Source of the DNA: a virus
IMG/VR virus record: IMGVR_UViG_3300042197_002234
Span: 96,001 to 160,000 of that record
Strand: one strand, 5' to 3'
Length of the DNA: 64,000 nucleotides
Part shown: positions 10,108 through 18,689 of the stretch, piece by piece
How positions within the stretch are numbered: position 1 is the stretch's first letter
Layout of the letters: every line of letters begins with the position of its first letter
Notes under the pieces: generated by a model
Told to the model about the DNA's origin: nothing
Seen by the model: only the letters and a program-made list of their open reading frames with translations
Database searches by the model: none
Made by a program: the position numbers and the translations under genes

Positions 10108-10502
10108 GGGGGTAACTCGGAATTGACTGACATAGTTGGTTATTCGGGGCACGCAGTGAGAGGGTTCCTATCACTTAAATCTATGGAGTCAACGATTAGA
10201 CGGCAACGTTCTAAACAAAATGGCGACTATCGGTCTTATCCGTGAAGACGCTGCGGTTGTAGCCTAAGGGATTAGGAAACACCATTCGGGTCGGGAGGAC
10301 ATTAACCCAGGAACAGAAGTCCTTATCAGGTGTGGTTTCTATCTTAAAAGGAACAAGTGGAGGATTAGTTCTCAGTAAACCGAACCACTTTAAAAATAAG
10401 GGAATTGTGAAATTTCGGAACATTAGCTTAAATGTTGTCCTAAGCGTGTAGTCCTTAGTAGTCAAGATGGACAAGACGACGGTTCGAACCCGTCTACCTC
10501 CA
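10108..10502 (+). ncRNA. ssrA: tmRNA; tag reading frame 10202-10267, (A)GNVLNKMATIGLIREDAAVVA*
   Basis: 5' GGGGGTA pairs with 3' TACCTCC-A including G3-U70; T-arm GACGG-TTCGAAC-CCGTC; internal ORF ending AAVVA-TAA; UUCG terminator at 10509-10537. Confidence 0.93.
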
Positions 10503-10506
10503 CTTA

Positions 10507-11058
10507 TTAAACCTCATCTTCGGATGAGGTTTTTTTATTTAAACTAATTAGTTCACAAAATGAAATCATTTCCTCATGGGTCATAGAATTTTTTGCCAAA
10601 TTGGCGGCGATTGATATAAACTGTATGTTCCCTTTCACATAACCTTGTGATGAATCAACCCTATCGATGGATGCTGTTTTTAATTTATCATTACATCCGT
10701 TAATTTTGGGTAAAGATAACTCAACTCCAGTATACACACATGTATTTTGACGTTCCCATAGTTCTTTTAAATATTCTAAATCAATATCAAATTCATAATT
10801 ACGTTGCTTGACCCTTCGTAATAAATCTCTAAATCCTGTAAACTCATCTTTACGATTACTAGAATGTTTTGTAATGTCATATCCTGACCGATTATTAATT
10901 AATTTTTTGGTATTATATAATCCAACACACCTTCTACCACAAAAATTAAGTCTACCCTTGTCCAAATTTCTTTTTATTTCACTAGTTGGTTTATCGAATT
11001 CTAACCCACATTGGTAACAAACACATTTTTCGGTTTTTCGTTTATAAAATTTATTCAT
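10507..11058 (-). CDS. Putative free-standing HNH-like homing endonuclease with an N-terminal zinc finger
   Basis: CYQC..FCGRRC finger; C-terminal CVYTG..SIDRVDSSQGYVKGNIQFI..AN.AK motif. Confidence 0.7.
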   Translation of the reverse strand: MNKFYKRKTEKCVCYQCGLEFDKPTSEIKRNLDKGRLNFCGRRCVGLYNTKKLINNRSGYDITKHSSNRKDEFTGFRDLLRRVKQRNYEFDIDLEYLKELWERQNTCVYTGVELSLPKINGCNDKLKTASIDRVDSSQGYVKGNIQFISIAANLAKNSMTHEEMISFCELISLNKKTSSEDEV

Positions 11059-11127
11059 ATCTTTTATTTTTCAATAAATATTGTGGATGTTAGGAAAAGT
11101 TGTGGATGTAGTAAAATTTAGTACATA

Positions 11128-11550
11128 AAAAAAGGGAAGAACTTTTCGCGAGTTGTTCTTCCCTTGTTTTGTCCTAGGAATTTAAACCTACCGAGTCGTT
11201 AGTGACACAACTGCGGAACCCTATTTCGTTGGGTGGTACTAGTTTCACGAGTATTTTATTTTCAGTTTACATGTTTTAAGACCGTTAAACATTGTGGTTA
11301 TAATACTGTCCACATCCTAAAAATTAGTCTTTACCATTTTTTTACATTAACCATGGTGGTCTTGGTTTGACCCTACAGGGTAACTTTACTTTTTTAGTTT
11401 TTTTATGGAACAAAAACATGGTGTTGTTTGATTACTTATCAATCACCCTAAAACCTGTTGGAATAATTTGAAGGTCAGTTTTGACTCATGACTTCAGAGG
11501 ACTTACCACAATCACCTTCCTACATTGATTGGAGTCACTTGTTTTTCGGC
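11128..11550 (-). ncRNA. Unidentified structured RNA or 3' trailer of the GOLLD transcript, ending in an intrinsic terminator
   Basis: No credible ORF; local helices (GACTC/GAGTC, TGATT/AATCA, GGTC/GACC, GTGG/CCAC); terminator GGGAAGAAC..GTTCTTCCC-U7 at 11128-11164. Confidence 0.5.
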
Positions 11551-11551
11551 T

Positions 11552-12413
11552 TAGGCTGAGAATACACCTTTTGTTGAGAACCTTTAGGGACATTATTGTT
11601 TCTTCCCGTTTCCACTTCCTTTTGAGAAGTATTTCTCAGTGACGGTTATTTAGGTGAACCACTCCTTGAGGTTTGAATTACTCTCATCTTACTTGACTCT
11701 TTCCGAGGATGCCTCCCCAGTTCGTCCTTGCGGGACTAAAGGTTTTTCGGATAACTACACGTTGGCTTGGGACCTCAGTGTGCAATGAACGGCTCATTAC
11801 TAAGTAGTCACCTTTCATTCAAACCTGACGGACACTTTTCCTTTTATTATTATTAAATGGTCTTTAATTTCAAATAAAGAGTTTTGTGTCGTGGATTGTC
11901 GAAGTAGTGGTCCGTCTGAGGATTTGTTATCTTTTGAACAACAAAATACCAAACTACTCCGTGAGATGTCCCCACCTCCATACTTCAAGACTACTTCGAG
12001 AAAATCCCTTTGGTAAAGGAAATTCAAGGATAATGTCGGCACCACCCGTTTGTTATCATACCTTTCGGTTTTAAGTATCCTATGATATTGGAACCCTCAA
12101 TAATGATTTTGGAAAACCATGTTTTGATTGATTCCTACGGGTTATTCCTATTGGTGTTCCCACCTCAAACAGACGACCCACATCGCCTGTTCATCTAACC
12201 ACTTTCCCTACAGCGTTGCCCTCGGTACTAAAGGTTAAACGGTATCCCGCTTGTGTACTCGACCTCGGTTTCCCAAGACGCAAATCTGTCAACACAACAG
12301 ACTCACTTTATCCCACTTTCGTGGTTTATTTAACGACCATACACGGCCGATTATCGTTTTCAAGTTATCATCACTCCGAAGAGTTACTTTCACCTGATGG
12401 ATAATTCAATAAG
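11552..12413 (-). ncRNA. Probable GOLLD-family giant ncRNA (~860 nt)
   Basis: ORF-free, GC-richer than the flanks, many GNRA/UUCG-capped helices, follows promoter plus boxA; size, phage/tRNA context and the 3' GGTGTATTCTCAGCCT end resemble GOLLD as recalled, not searched. Confidence 0.65.
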
Positions 12414-12731
12414 TCAAAGAACTTTTGAGAGTTGTATCTGAATCGTTGTCATTCTCAATTGTTTTACAAAGTTAAGAAGATTTTTTCTATTTGTCAAATT
12501 TTTCTTAAACTTTTTTTTTGATTACTATAACCGTTGTGGTAATATGTTTCACTTACACTTTAAATGCGAAGGACATCTGCTTTATTTCATACAGTTGAAA
12601 GTTTGTCCCGTAGTCACTTTCCTCACATACAACAGTAGCCCTACGGACCTAGACTGTTTCTGTAACCAATATTTTCAAAGAACTTTTGAGAGTTGTATCT
12701 GAATCGTTGTCATTCTCAATTGTTTTACAAA
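12414..12731 (-). repeat. Identical 57-bp direct repeat (12414-12470 and 12675-12731): promoter-proximal leader with hairpin and boxA
   Basis: TCAAAGAACTTTTGAGAGTTGTATCTGAATCGTTGTCATTCTCAATTGTTTTACAAA twice, each next to a minus-strand TAnnTTTG (12467-12474, 12728-12735). Confidence 0.9.
12520..12674 (-). ncRNA. Small structured RNA with a potential pseudoknot
   Basis: Own promoter plus boxA; AACAGT/ACTGTT hairpin whose loop GTCCGTAG is complementary to downstream CTACGG(G)AC; TACAG/CTGTA helix. Confidence 0.55.
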
Positions 12732-12780
12732 TTTAAGAAGAATTTTTTAATCTTCCAAATTTTTAAAGAACTTTTTTTTA

Positions 12781-12867
12781 ATTTCAGACTGTGCTACCGT
12801 CACACCTAATTTGATTAATTATGTGGTTAATTAATCTCGGAATTACACCATGTGTCTTTTCTGAAAT
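12781..12867 (-). ncRNA. Small structured RNA (~87 nt)
   Basis: TACCTTTG promoter at 12874-12881; closing stem ATTTCAGA/TCTGAAAT; inner GATTAATT/AATTAATC hairpin. Confidence 0.5.
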
Positions 12868-13036
12868 GTTTTACAAAGGTAATAAAAAAAATGTGTCTGT
12901 CAATACCCTGAGCGATATTTTTTTTTAATTTAATAATAAATATAGCCATTTTGTTAAAAATTCATTTTTTTTTAGCTTGATTGTTGATTTTTTGGTATTT
13001 GTAACCTATTTATTAATCAAATTAAATTATTTAACT

Positions 13037-13210
13037 ATGAAAAAACTATTTTTCGCAACAATGATTACACTTTCTATGGTTATGGTATCATGTGGAGGAA
13101 ACAACACCGAGGCTACGACTGAATTAACTGACTCAACCGCTGTTGATTCTACTTTGGTAGATACTACAGCCGTATCAGTTGATACTGTTTCTGTGGATAC
13201 TGCAAACTAA
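13037..13210 (+). CDS. Small lipoprotein with a T/D/S-rich tail
   Basis: MKKLFF..MVMVSC-GG lipobox-like signal; repeated VDT/DSTAVDST tail. Confidence 0.7.
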   Translation: MKKLFFATMITLSMVMVSCGGNNTEATTELTDSTAVDSTLVDTTAVSVDTVSVDTAN

Positions 13211-13259
13211 AACTGATTGAAGAATCTAAAAAGAAAAACCCCTCATATGAGGGGTTTTT

Positions 13260-13871
13260 TTATTTCATTAATTTTTTAATCCTTACAATTTCTTCGTTTA
13301 AATTATCTTCATCTTCACTTTTGTCGTCATCTTTTTTCTTTTTAGAAAATAAGTTTTTAACATCTTTTTTAATTTCCTTACCTACGTGAGTTGCAAGACT
13401 AAATGGTGACAAAAGAATGTCCATAAACGGATTTGGATTTTCTTCAGTATCTAATTTTGGTTTTTGTGTTGTCGTTTTAGTAGTTGTTTTATCTGATTTT
13501 TTTTCTTTATCTATTTTTAGTTTTTTACTAAAAAAGTTAGAAAGTTGTTGTTTACTATCTTTGTCATTAACAATATAAAATTTAATTTTATCATCAGAAA
13601 ATTTACCAATCATGGCACCCTGTTTAACTTTTTCACCATAACTAACATTTATGTTTTCAACATCGCAAAAAACAGAGTAAAATATGTTTTCATCAAACAT
13701 ATGTTTAATTTTAATATAGTTTCTACAATTTGGTGTTTGGTCAAACACTACAATACCCTCGTAAGGTGAAACTATTTTAGTATTTGGGGATGAAGATAAT
13801 TCGGCAACTTTTTGACTTTCGTATTTAAAATCACCATAAGGAGCTGGGTTTATAAATGTTGTTTCTGACAT
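13260..13871 (-). CDS. Degenerate M23-fold protein
   Basis: IVSPYEGIV..YIKIKH..YSVFC....VSYGEKVKQG..IG; catalytic HxH not seen. Confidence 0.6.
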   Translation of the reverse strand: MSETTFINPAPYGDFKYESQKVAELSSSPNTKIVSPYEGIVVFDQTPNCRNYIKIKHMFDENIFYSVFCDVENINVSYGEKVKQGAMIGKFSDDKIKFYIVNDKDSKQQLSNFFSKKLKIDKEKKSDKTTTKTTTQKPKLDTEENPNPFMDILLSPFSLATHVGKEIKKDVKNLFSKKKKDDDKSEDEDNLNEEIVRIKKLMK

Positions 13872-13873
13872 AA

Positions 13874-14476
13874 TTAATTATTTAAATGACCCATGAGAAC
13901 ACCCCCTATTGATGCCGCATGATTACTAATGTGGTTTATTGATTCCATACCAAGTTTGGTTTTTTTCTTAACATAATCAACACCTAATACACCAATAAAT
14001 TTATCGTCAATAGTTTTTATTGAAAAAAGATAAGCAGATTTACATCTAGTATCTTCTGCAACATATTTTAGCCCATATGTTGCAACAGTTTCATCTTTAA
14101 AATCAGGAATTTCAATAATATCATTTTCTAATAATTGATTTATTGACCTACTAAAAAGATTTACGGGAATGTTTTGAAAATTTAACTGAATTGAATTTGT
14201 ACTAGGCGTAACTGTTTCGTAAATAAAACTAAATTTGGCCATTGATTTTCCCGTGGGATAAAAATGACCTCCATTGTGAAATTGTAGTATCCAAACTCTA
14301 TCCGCAGAAAACTCATCTTTAATATGTTCAATTTTGGTTGTAACTAATTCACTGACACGTAAAGCATCTTTTACCATATCAGGGGTTTTCTTTTTTTCAA
14401 ACCTATTTTTTAAATATAAAAGAACTACAGGTCCCAAAATACCTGTAATAAATGCAACAATAACTTCTGTACCCAT
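13874..14476 (-). CDS. N-terminal TM helix plus GAF-like domain (T4 holin T-like architecture)
   Basis: Hydrophobic residues 4-22, then ADRVWILQFHNGG...FIGVLGVDY GAF-like pattern. Confidence 0.55.
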   Translation of the reverse strand: MGTEVIVAFITGILGPVVLLYLKNRFEKKKTPDMVKDALRVSELVTTKIEHIKDEFSADRVWILQFHNGGHFYPTGKSMAKFSFIYETVTPSTNSIQLNFQNIPVNLFSRSINQLLENDIIEIPDFKDETVATYGLKYVAEDTRCKSAYLFSIKTIDDKFIGVLGVDYVKKKTKLGMESINHISNHAASIGGVLMGHLNN

Positions 14477-14544
14477 TATTTATTAAATATTTCTGTTTAA
14501 TAAATATTAAAAAATAAAAAAAAAATACGACATTATGTCGTATT

Positions 14545-15624
14545 TTATAATTTTTCAAATTTTGGTTTTAGTAGTCTCCATACAATATGGTCATATGGTT
14601 TTTTATCCCACATTGCAAACATTACTGACCACAATTTAGGATTTACATATTTTTTAACATATTCCGCAAACTCTTTTTTAGAAGGTTCAGGGTCTACATC
14701 ATTATATTTACCATACCTAAAATAATCGTGTATTTTACCACAATATTCACCTATTTGATAGTGTGAATACCTTAAACCGCTTTCATATTGTTTTATTTTT
14801 TGATAAAACTCGTCAGGTATATTATCTAATAAAACTGACATATCACCATTTGATGATAGGACTTCCCACACCGAAGTTGTTGACACATTGGTCATTATCT
14901 TATGAAGACGCAAATATTCTTCACCTTTAACTTTCATTCTATCACCATTTGAAAATTTGATAACAAAACCTTCATGAGTATCTGCAATCATTTGTTTCAA
15001 ATAAGTGTAGTCGGTTATCCCATTATATTTTCTAACTAAGTTAAATCCTAAATTATTTAGTAAGTTTTTAAAACGGATATCATTTTCATTACCTGCGTGA
15101 ATATCAACCTCAACACCAGTTTTAGTGTGAATCATACCTAACAATACCAAGTCCTCAAAATCATACTGACAAACAATTCTATTTTCAGGATATATTATCT
15201 CGAATAAATAAGTGTAGTCAGTGTGTAATTTTTCGTAGTCATACTTTTTAAGTAATTCAGTTCCTTTGATAGATTGGTCAGAAGTAAATGAACCACGAGT
15301 CGCTAATACCCACTCACCTTTGTAATTAAACAAAATACCCAAAGAACCATCCATTTTTTCAAAAACTTCAAAATCGGAGGTTGCTACGTGACGATTTTCT
15401 TCCATATTGAAAAACTTCTTAAATGGTCTGGCAACTACGTTTCCTTCATTATCAGTAACTAAACCGCGACATTGCAGAGTTATTTCATCCCATAATCTGT
15501 ATTGGTCATATTGCACACCGTATTGAGTCTTTGGTGTATAATTCCAAATAGTCAAAGGAAGAGTTGGGTGAACTTGTTTCATCACCAACCCTTCCTCAAG
15601 ATATTTGTTTAACACTTCTAACAT
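14545..15624 (-). CDS. RNA ligase, T4 Rnl1 (RnlA)-like
   Basis: CRGLV..ARPFKKFFN, motif I EKMDGSLG, FEII, HEGFV, KVKGEEY. Confidence 0.88.
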   Translation of the reverse strand: MLEVLNKYLEEGLVMKQVHPTLPLTIWNYTPKTQYGVQYDQYRLWDEITLQCRGLVTDNEGNVVARPFKKFFNMEENRHVATSDFEVFEKMDGSLGILFNYKGEWVLATRGSFTSDQSIKGTELLKKYDYEKLHTDYTYLFEIIYPENRIVCQYDFEDLVLLGMIHTKTGVEVDIHAGNENDIRFKNLLNNLGFNLVRKYNGITDYTYLKQMIADTHEGFVIKFSNGDRMKVKGEEYLRLHKIMTNVSTTSVWEVLSSNGDMSVLLDNIPDEFYQKIKQYESGLRYSHYQIGEYCGKIHDYFRYGKYNDVDPEPSKKEFAEYVKKYVNPKLWSVMFAMWDKKPYDHIVWRLLKPKFEKL

Positions 15625-15640
15625 AACACAAAGATACTAA

Positions 15641-16681
15641 TTATTTTTCATTTAATAAAAAATTATTTGAAATCGCTTTAAAACTAATTTTATTATCAAA
15701 TGAACGAACCACAACACCTTCTCTTTCAGTTTGTCTATTTAAAACTGAAGTACCTTCAGCATATTTCAACATACCCTCAACAGTATTTGGTAGTAGAAAT
15801 GGTAGTTCCAAACAAGGAACGTATTGTAAATTTAATGTTTCCATCAATTCTAAAAATTGTGACATTGTCATTCTTTCATGTTTGTCAATATCAAAAGCAT
15901 TAAAAAACATTACTTTTTGACCTTTAATTTTATACGGATTCCCTTGGATGCCTTCACCAATAAGTTCACCTTGTAAACAGATATTTTTACCAGTTGATTT
16001 AAGTTTTTCTTCCAAGTTCATTTCTCTAGCTACTTTCCAAAAAGTATTACCTTCCGTTTCAAGTAATTCTAAATTACGAGAACATACGCCAAACTCACCA
16101 TCTTTATAATAAAATGTTGATGATGACCCATCAAGTTTTTCAGTAACGTAAAACTGATTTTTTGATTGGTATAAAAATTCTTGATATTCTTTTGTAATAT
16201 TTTGAACTCTTTCTTCGTCGGTTTTTTGTAGAAAAGATGGGAATAAACCTTTAACCTTACCTGCAAGTTCTGCAGGGATTGGTGGTTCATATTTTACGAT
16301 ACCCAACATTTCAGTTATATCAAGACCTTCAAATGGTGTAACATAAATGTTTGTATCGGGTGGGTTCAAAACGATGATTGGTAAAATCAAACCTTGCGAT
16401 ACTTGACCCCTTAATTTAATAGTTTTCAATCTGAACCCTTCTTGGTCACCCATTTTTTTATATGAACTCTTTCTCAAGAATTCAAATTCAGGACGTACAG
16501 GTAAAAATGAATCAATTTCGCAATAAATTACCATATCACCTACTTTGTGACCAACATCTTTTGCAACCACAACTTTCCATCCGTCTACAGTTGCCAATTC
16601 AATTTTATCCGCCCCTTCAATTGGGGATATGTCTGAAATTTTTCTAATCGATGCTAACTTTCTTTCTGTTTTTACTTCCAT
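15641..16681 (-). CDS. RNA ligase, DRB0094 (Rnl5) family with an N-terminal OB fold
   Basis: IEGADKIELA..DGWKVVV, EKLDGSS, QGELIG, REGVV, SFKAISNNFLL. Confidence 0.88.
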   Translation of the reverse strand: MEVKTERKLASIRKISDISPIEGADKIELATVDGWKVVVAKDVGHKVGDMVIYCEIDSFLPVRPEFEFLRKSSYKKMGDQEGFRLKTIKLRGQVSQGLILPIIVLNPPDTNIYVTPFEGLDITEMLGIVKYEPPIPAELAGKVKGLFPSFLQKTDEERVQNITKEYQEFLYQSKNQFYVTEKLDGSSSTFYYKDGEFGVCSRNLELLETEGNTFWKVAREMNLEEKLKSTGKNICLQGELIGEGIQGNPYKIKGQKVMFFNAFDIDKHERMTMSQFLELMETLNLQYVPCLELPFLLPNTVEGMLKYAEGTSVLNRQTEREGVVVRSFDNKISFKAISNNFLLNEK

Positions 16682-16838
16682 AACATTCTAATTTATTGTT
16701 TGTAACATTCCATAAATTTTTTTTACCTTCGGTCATGTGACAATTATGTGATTTTTTTGTTCTATCAGAAAAATCAATAATCATATCATTATGACGATTT
16801 CTAACAATATGTGGACATTCTTTACAATGTTTTTCCAT
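16644..16838 (-). CDS. Small Cys/His-rich hypothetical protein
   Basis: 64 aa; CKECPH..CH..C. Confidence 0.5.
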   Translation of the reverse strand: MEKHCKECPHIVRNRHNDMIIDFSDRTKKSHNCHMTEGKKNLWNVTNNKLECYGSKNRKKVSID

Positions 16839-16843
16839 TTATT

Positions 16844-17515
16844 TTACCCCTTATCTTTATTTATAATCTCATCGGTGTGGTGGTCATTATCCATTTCAGA
16901 AACTTTGTCTCTGTTTCTAAGTAATGGAACAACTTCACGCATAACGTGATAAGGTCTAAACTCAGGGTGACCATCCATACCAACATCCATACGTTGACCA
17001 ACACCAAACCTTTTGTTTGTTGGTAAGTGACAATGGCCATGTAAGTGCATAACACCTTTGTTCAACCCATCCCAAGAACTAATTGGGTAGTGCATCAAAC
17101 GAAAGGTGTATTCATCTATTTTTAATGTGTTATAGTGAGTAACACTTAAAAACAATCTTTGAATATCTTCCCTGTCATTTTCAATGTGGTGGTCGTGGTT
17201 TCCAAGAACTAAGTGAATGTTTTTACAAACAATTCGGTCCCAAAACTCTTTAATAGATTCAAACCCACCAAAACTCCAATCACCAAGACAAATTAAAATA
17301 TCGTCTTGCATAACATAGTTGTTAATGTTATTAACAATCTCAGAGTTCATTCTTTCCAAATCAGAAAAGTTACGAGTTTGACTTATAGGAATTGAACCAT
17401 CGGGCATACGCCAATTAGTAGTACCACGACAAATGTTTTTGTGGTTATAGTGTGGGTCTGAAAAAATCCACACGTCAGGTAATTTACCTTTTGATATTTC
17501 TTTAATTTTAATCAC
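16844..17515 (-). CDS. Calcineurin-like metallophosphoesterase
   Basis: SDPH, LGDW, GNHD, HYP, HGHCH motifs. Confidence 0.88.
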   Translation of the reverse strand: MIKIKEISKGKLPDVWIFSDPHYNHKNICRGTTNWRMPDGSIPISQTRNFSDLERMNSEIVNNINNYVMQDDILICLGDWSFGGFESIKEFWDRIVCKNIHLVLGNHDHHIENDREDIQRLFLSVTHYNTLKIDEYTFRLMHYPISSWDGLNKGVMHLHGHCHLPTNKRFGVGQRMDVGMDGHPEFRPYHVMREVVPLLRNRDKVSEMDNDHHTDEIINKDKG

Positions 17516-18203
17516 GATACAAAGATAAGAAAAAATTCTCTAATTTATCAAGGTTCATAGTAACATTTTTTGGAACATGTGACGGACCGTTGATTGGTTT
17601 CACATCTTTAGTTTGACTTGTCAACTCAAATATTGATTTTGTTTTGGTACCAACATTATATAAACCAAGTGCGTTATGTTTAATTAAATCAACAACCAAT
17701 TTAGTAATAACTGGTGTATAATCGGCATTTGTATAAACATCGACCCAAGCACTTTCATAAGGAAATGGGTGAGGTTTATGAGACAATCGACATATTAAAT
17801 ATTTTTTACCATGATTTATAATGTATTCATCCGCCATTAATTTAGTATATGAATACCAATTTTTATCATGAACAGGGATATCTCTTTCAGTCGCATTTTC
17901 AACTGAATTAACATATACATAATCTGTAGATATATGAACCAGTTTTTTACCATGGTTGTCACAAAATTTTACCAAATTTGTGACAAATTTATAGTTAACA
18001 TCAACCATTGATTCTATGTTGTTAGAATATGTGTCAGTGTTTGCAATACAATTTACAATTACATCATATGGTAACATTTTATATAACCAATAATCAAAAT
18101 TATCCACCCCAATTTCATCTTTCTTTCTTGATAAAAAATCCCAACCTGTTTGGTTTACGATTTCACTACCAAGTTTTCCGTAACCTAAAACTAATACTTT
18201 CAT
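17508..18203 (-). CDS. RmlD-like (dTDP-4-dehydrorhamnose reductase) SDR
   Basis: GYGKLG Rossmann motif, HISTDYVY, YSYTK. Confidence 0.8.
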   Translation of the reverse strand: MKVLVLGYGKLGSEIVNQTGWDFLSRKKDEIGVDNFDYWLYKMLPYDVIVNCIANTDTYSNNIESMVDVNYKFVTNLVKFCDNHGKKLVHISTDYVYVNSVENATERDIPVHDKNWYSYTKLMADEYIINHGKKYLICRLSHKPHPFPYESAWVDVYTNADYTPVITKLVVDLIKHNALGLYNVGTKTKSIFELTSQTKDVKPINGPSHVPKNVTMNLDKLENFFLSLYRD

Positions 18204-18688
18204 ACTAAAATACTTTCTAATTTAAACCATTTAGGAACTTCTCTACCTTTCCAATTTGCAAAACCTGATTTAGCTCCTCTATAATAATTTCTGTAAGACT
18301 CAACAACACTATTAACTTTATATTCTTGAGGCATTGCTCTTGCAGGTTCGGTAAAACCTATGTCAGGTATATTTGGTCTATTTGAAATACACCACATAAT
18401 AACTTCTAACGATTTATGTTGTTTACCGTAACGATATGTATATTCATTACACAACTCAAGACCTAACTCACACAAGTAAAGGTAGTTTGACAAACTTTCA
18501 CGAGCCCAAATAGCGCAAGGGTGATTTTTGTGAGATAATTTGTACGGAACTTGAGGGGTGACTTGAGGGGTCATATGGTGAACACCACACAAAAGTTGTG
18601 CGGTCTCAAGTATCATCTTGACAACGTGTTTGTCAACATGATACTGAGCACACTTTTTAACATCCCAATCTAAAATAAAAATATTCAT
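18200..18688 (-). CDS. Pyrimidine-dimer DNA glycosylase (DenV-like family)
   Basis: Start MNIFILD; DKHVVKMILE.AQLL, HKNHPC.IW, YRNYY. Confidence 0.75.
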   Translation of the reverse strand: MNIFILDWDVKKCAQYHVDKHVVKMILETAQLLCGVHHMTPQVTPQVPYKLSHKNHPCAIWARESLSNYLYLCELGLELCNEYTYRYGKQHKSLEVIMWCISNRPNIPDIGFTEPARAMPQEYKVNSVVESYRNYYRGAKSGFANWKGREVPKWFKLESILV

Positions 18689-18689
18689 A

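Noticed and set aside
10211-10474. 87-aa minus-strand ORF
   Set aside because: Antisense to the tmRNA
11081-11110. Two TTGTGGATGT copies as DnaA boxes or an origin
   Set aside because: Only two imperfect copies (ACATCCACA versus TTATCCACA) and no other origin features
11815-12404. Short ORFs at 11815-12045, 11886-12074 and 12216-12404
   Set aside because: Non-ATG or poor starts, unnatural composition, and they lie inside the structured RNA
12520-12674. RNase P RNA call
   Set aside because: P4-like pairing is only 6 bp, there is no room for P5/P15/CR-IV, and a stronger alternative pairing exists; kept only as a finding
12414-12731. CRISPR array interpretation of the 57-bp repeat
   Set aside because: Only two copies, 204-nt spacer, repeat is a promoter leader; no CRISPR array or cas gene seen in the window
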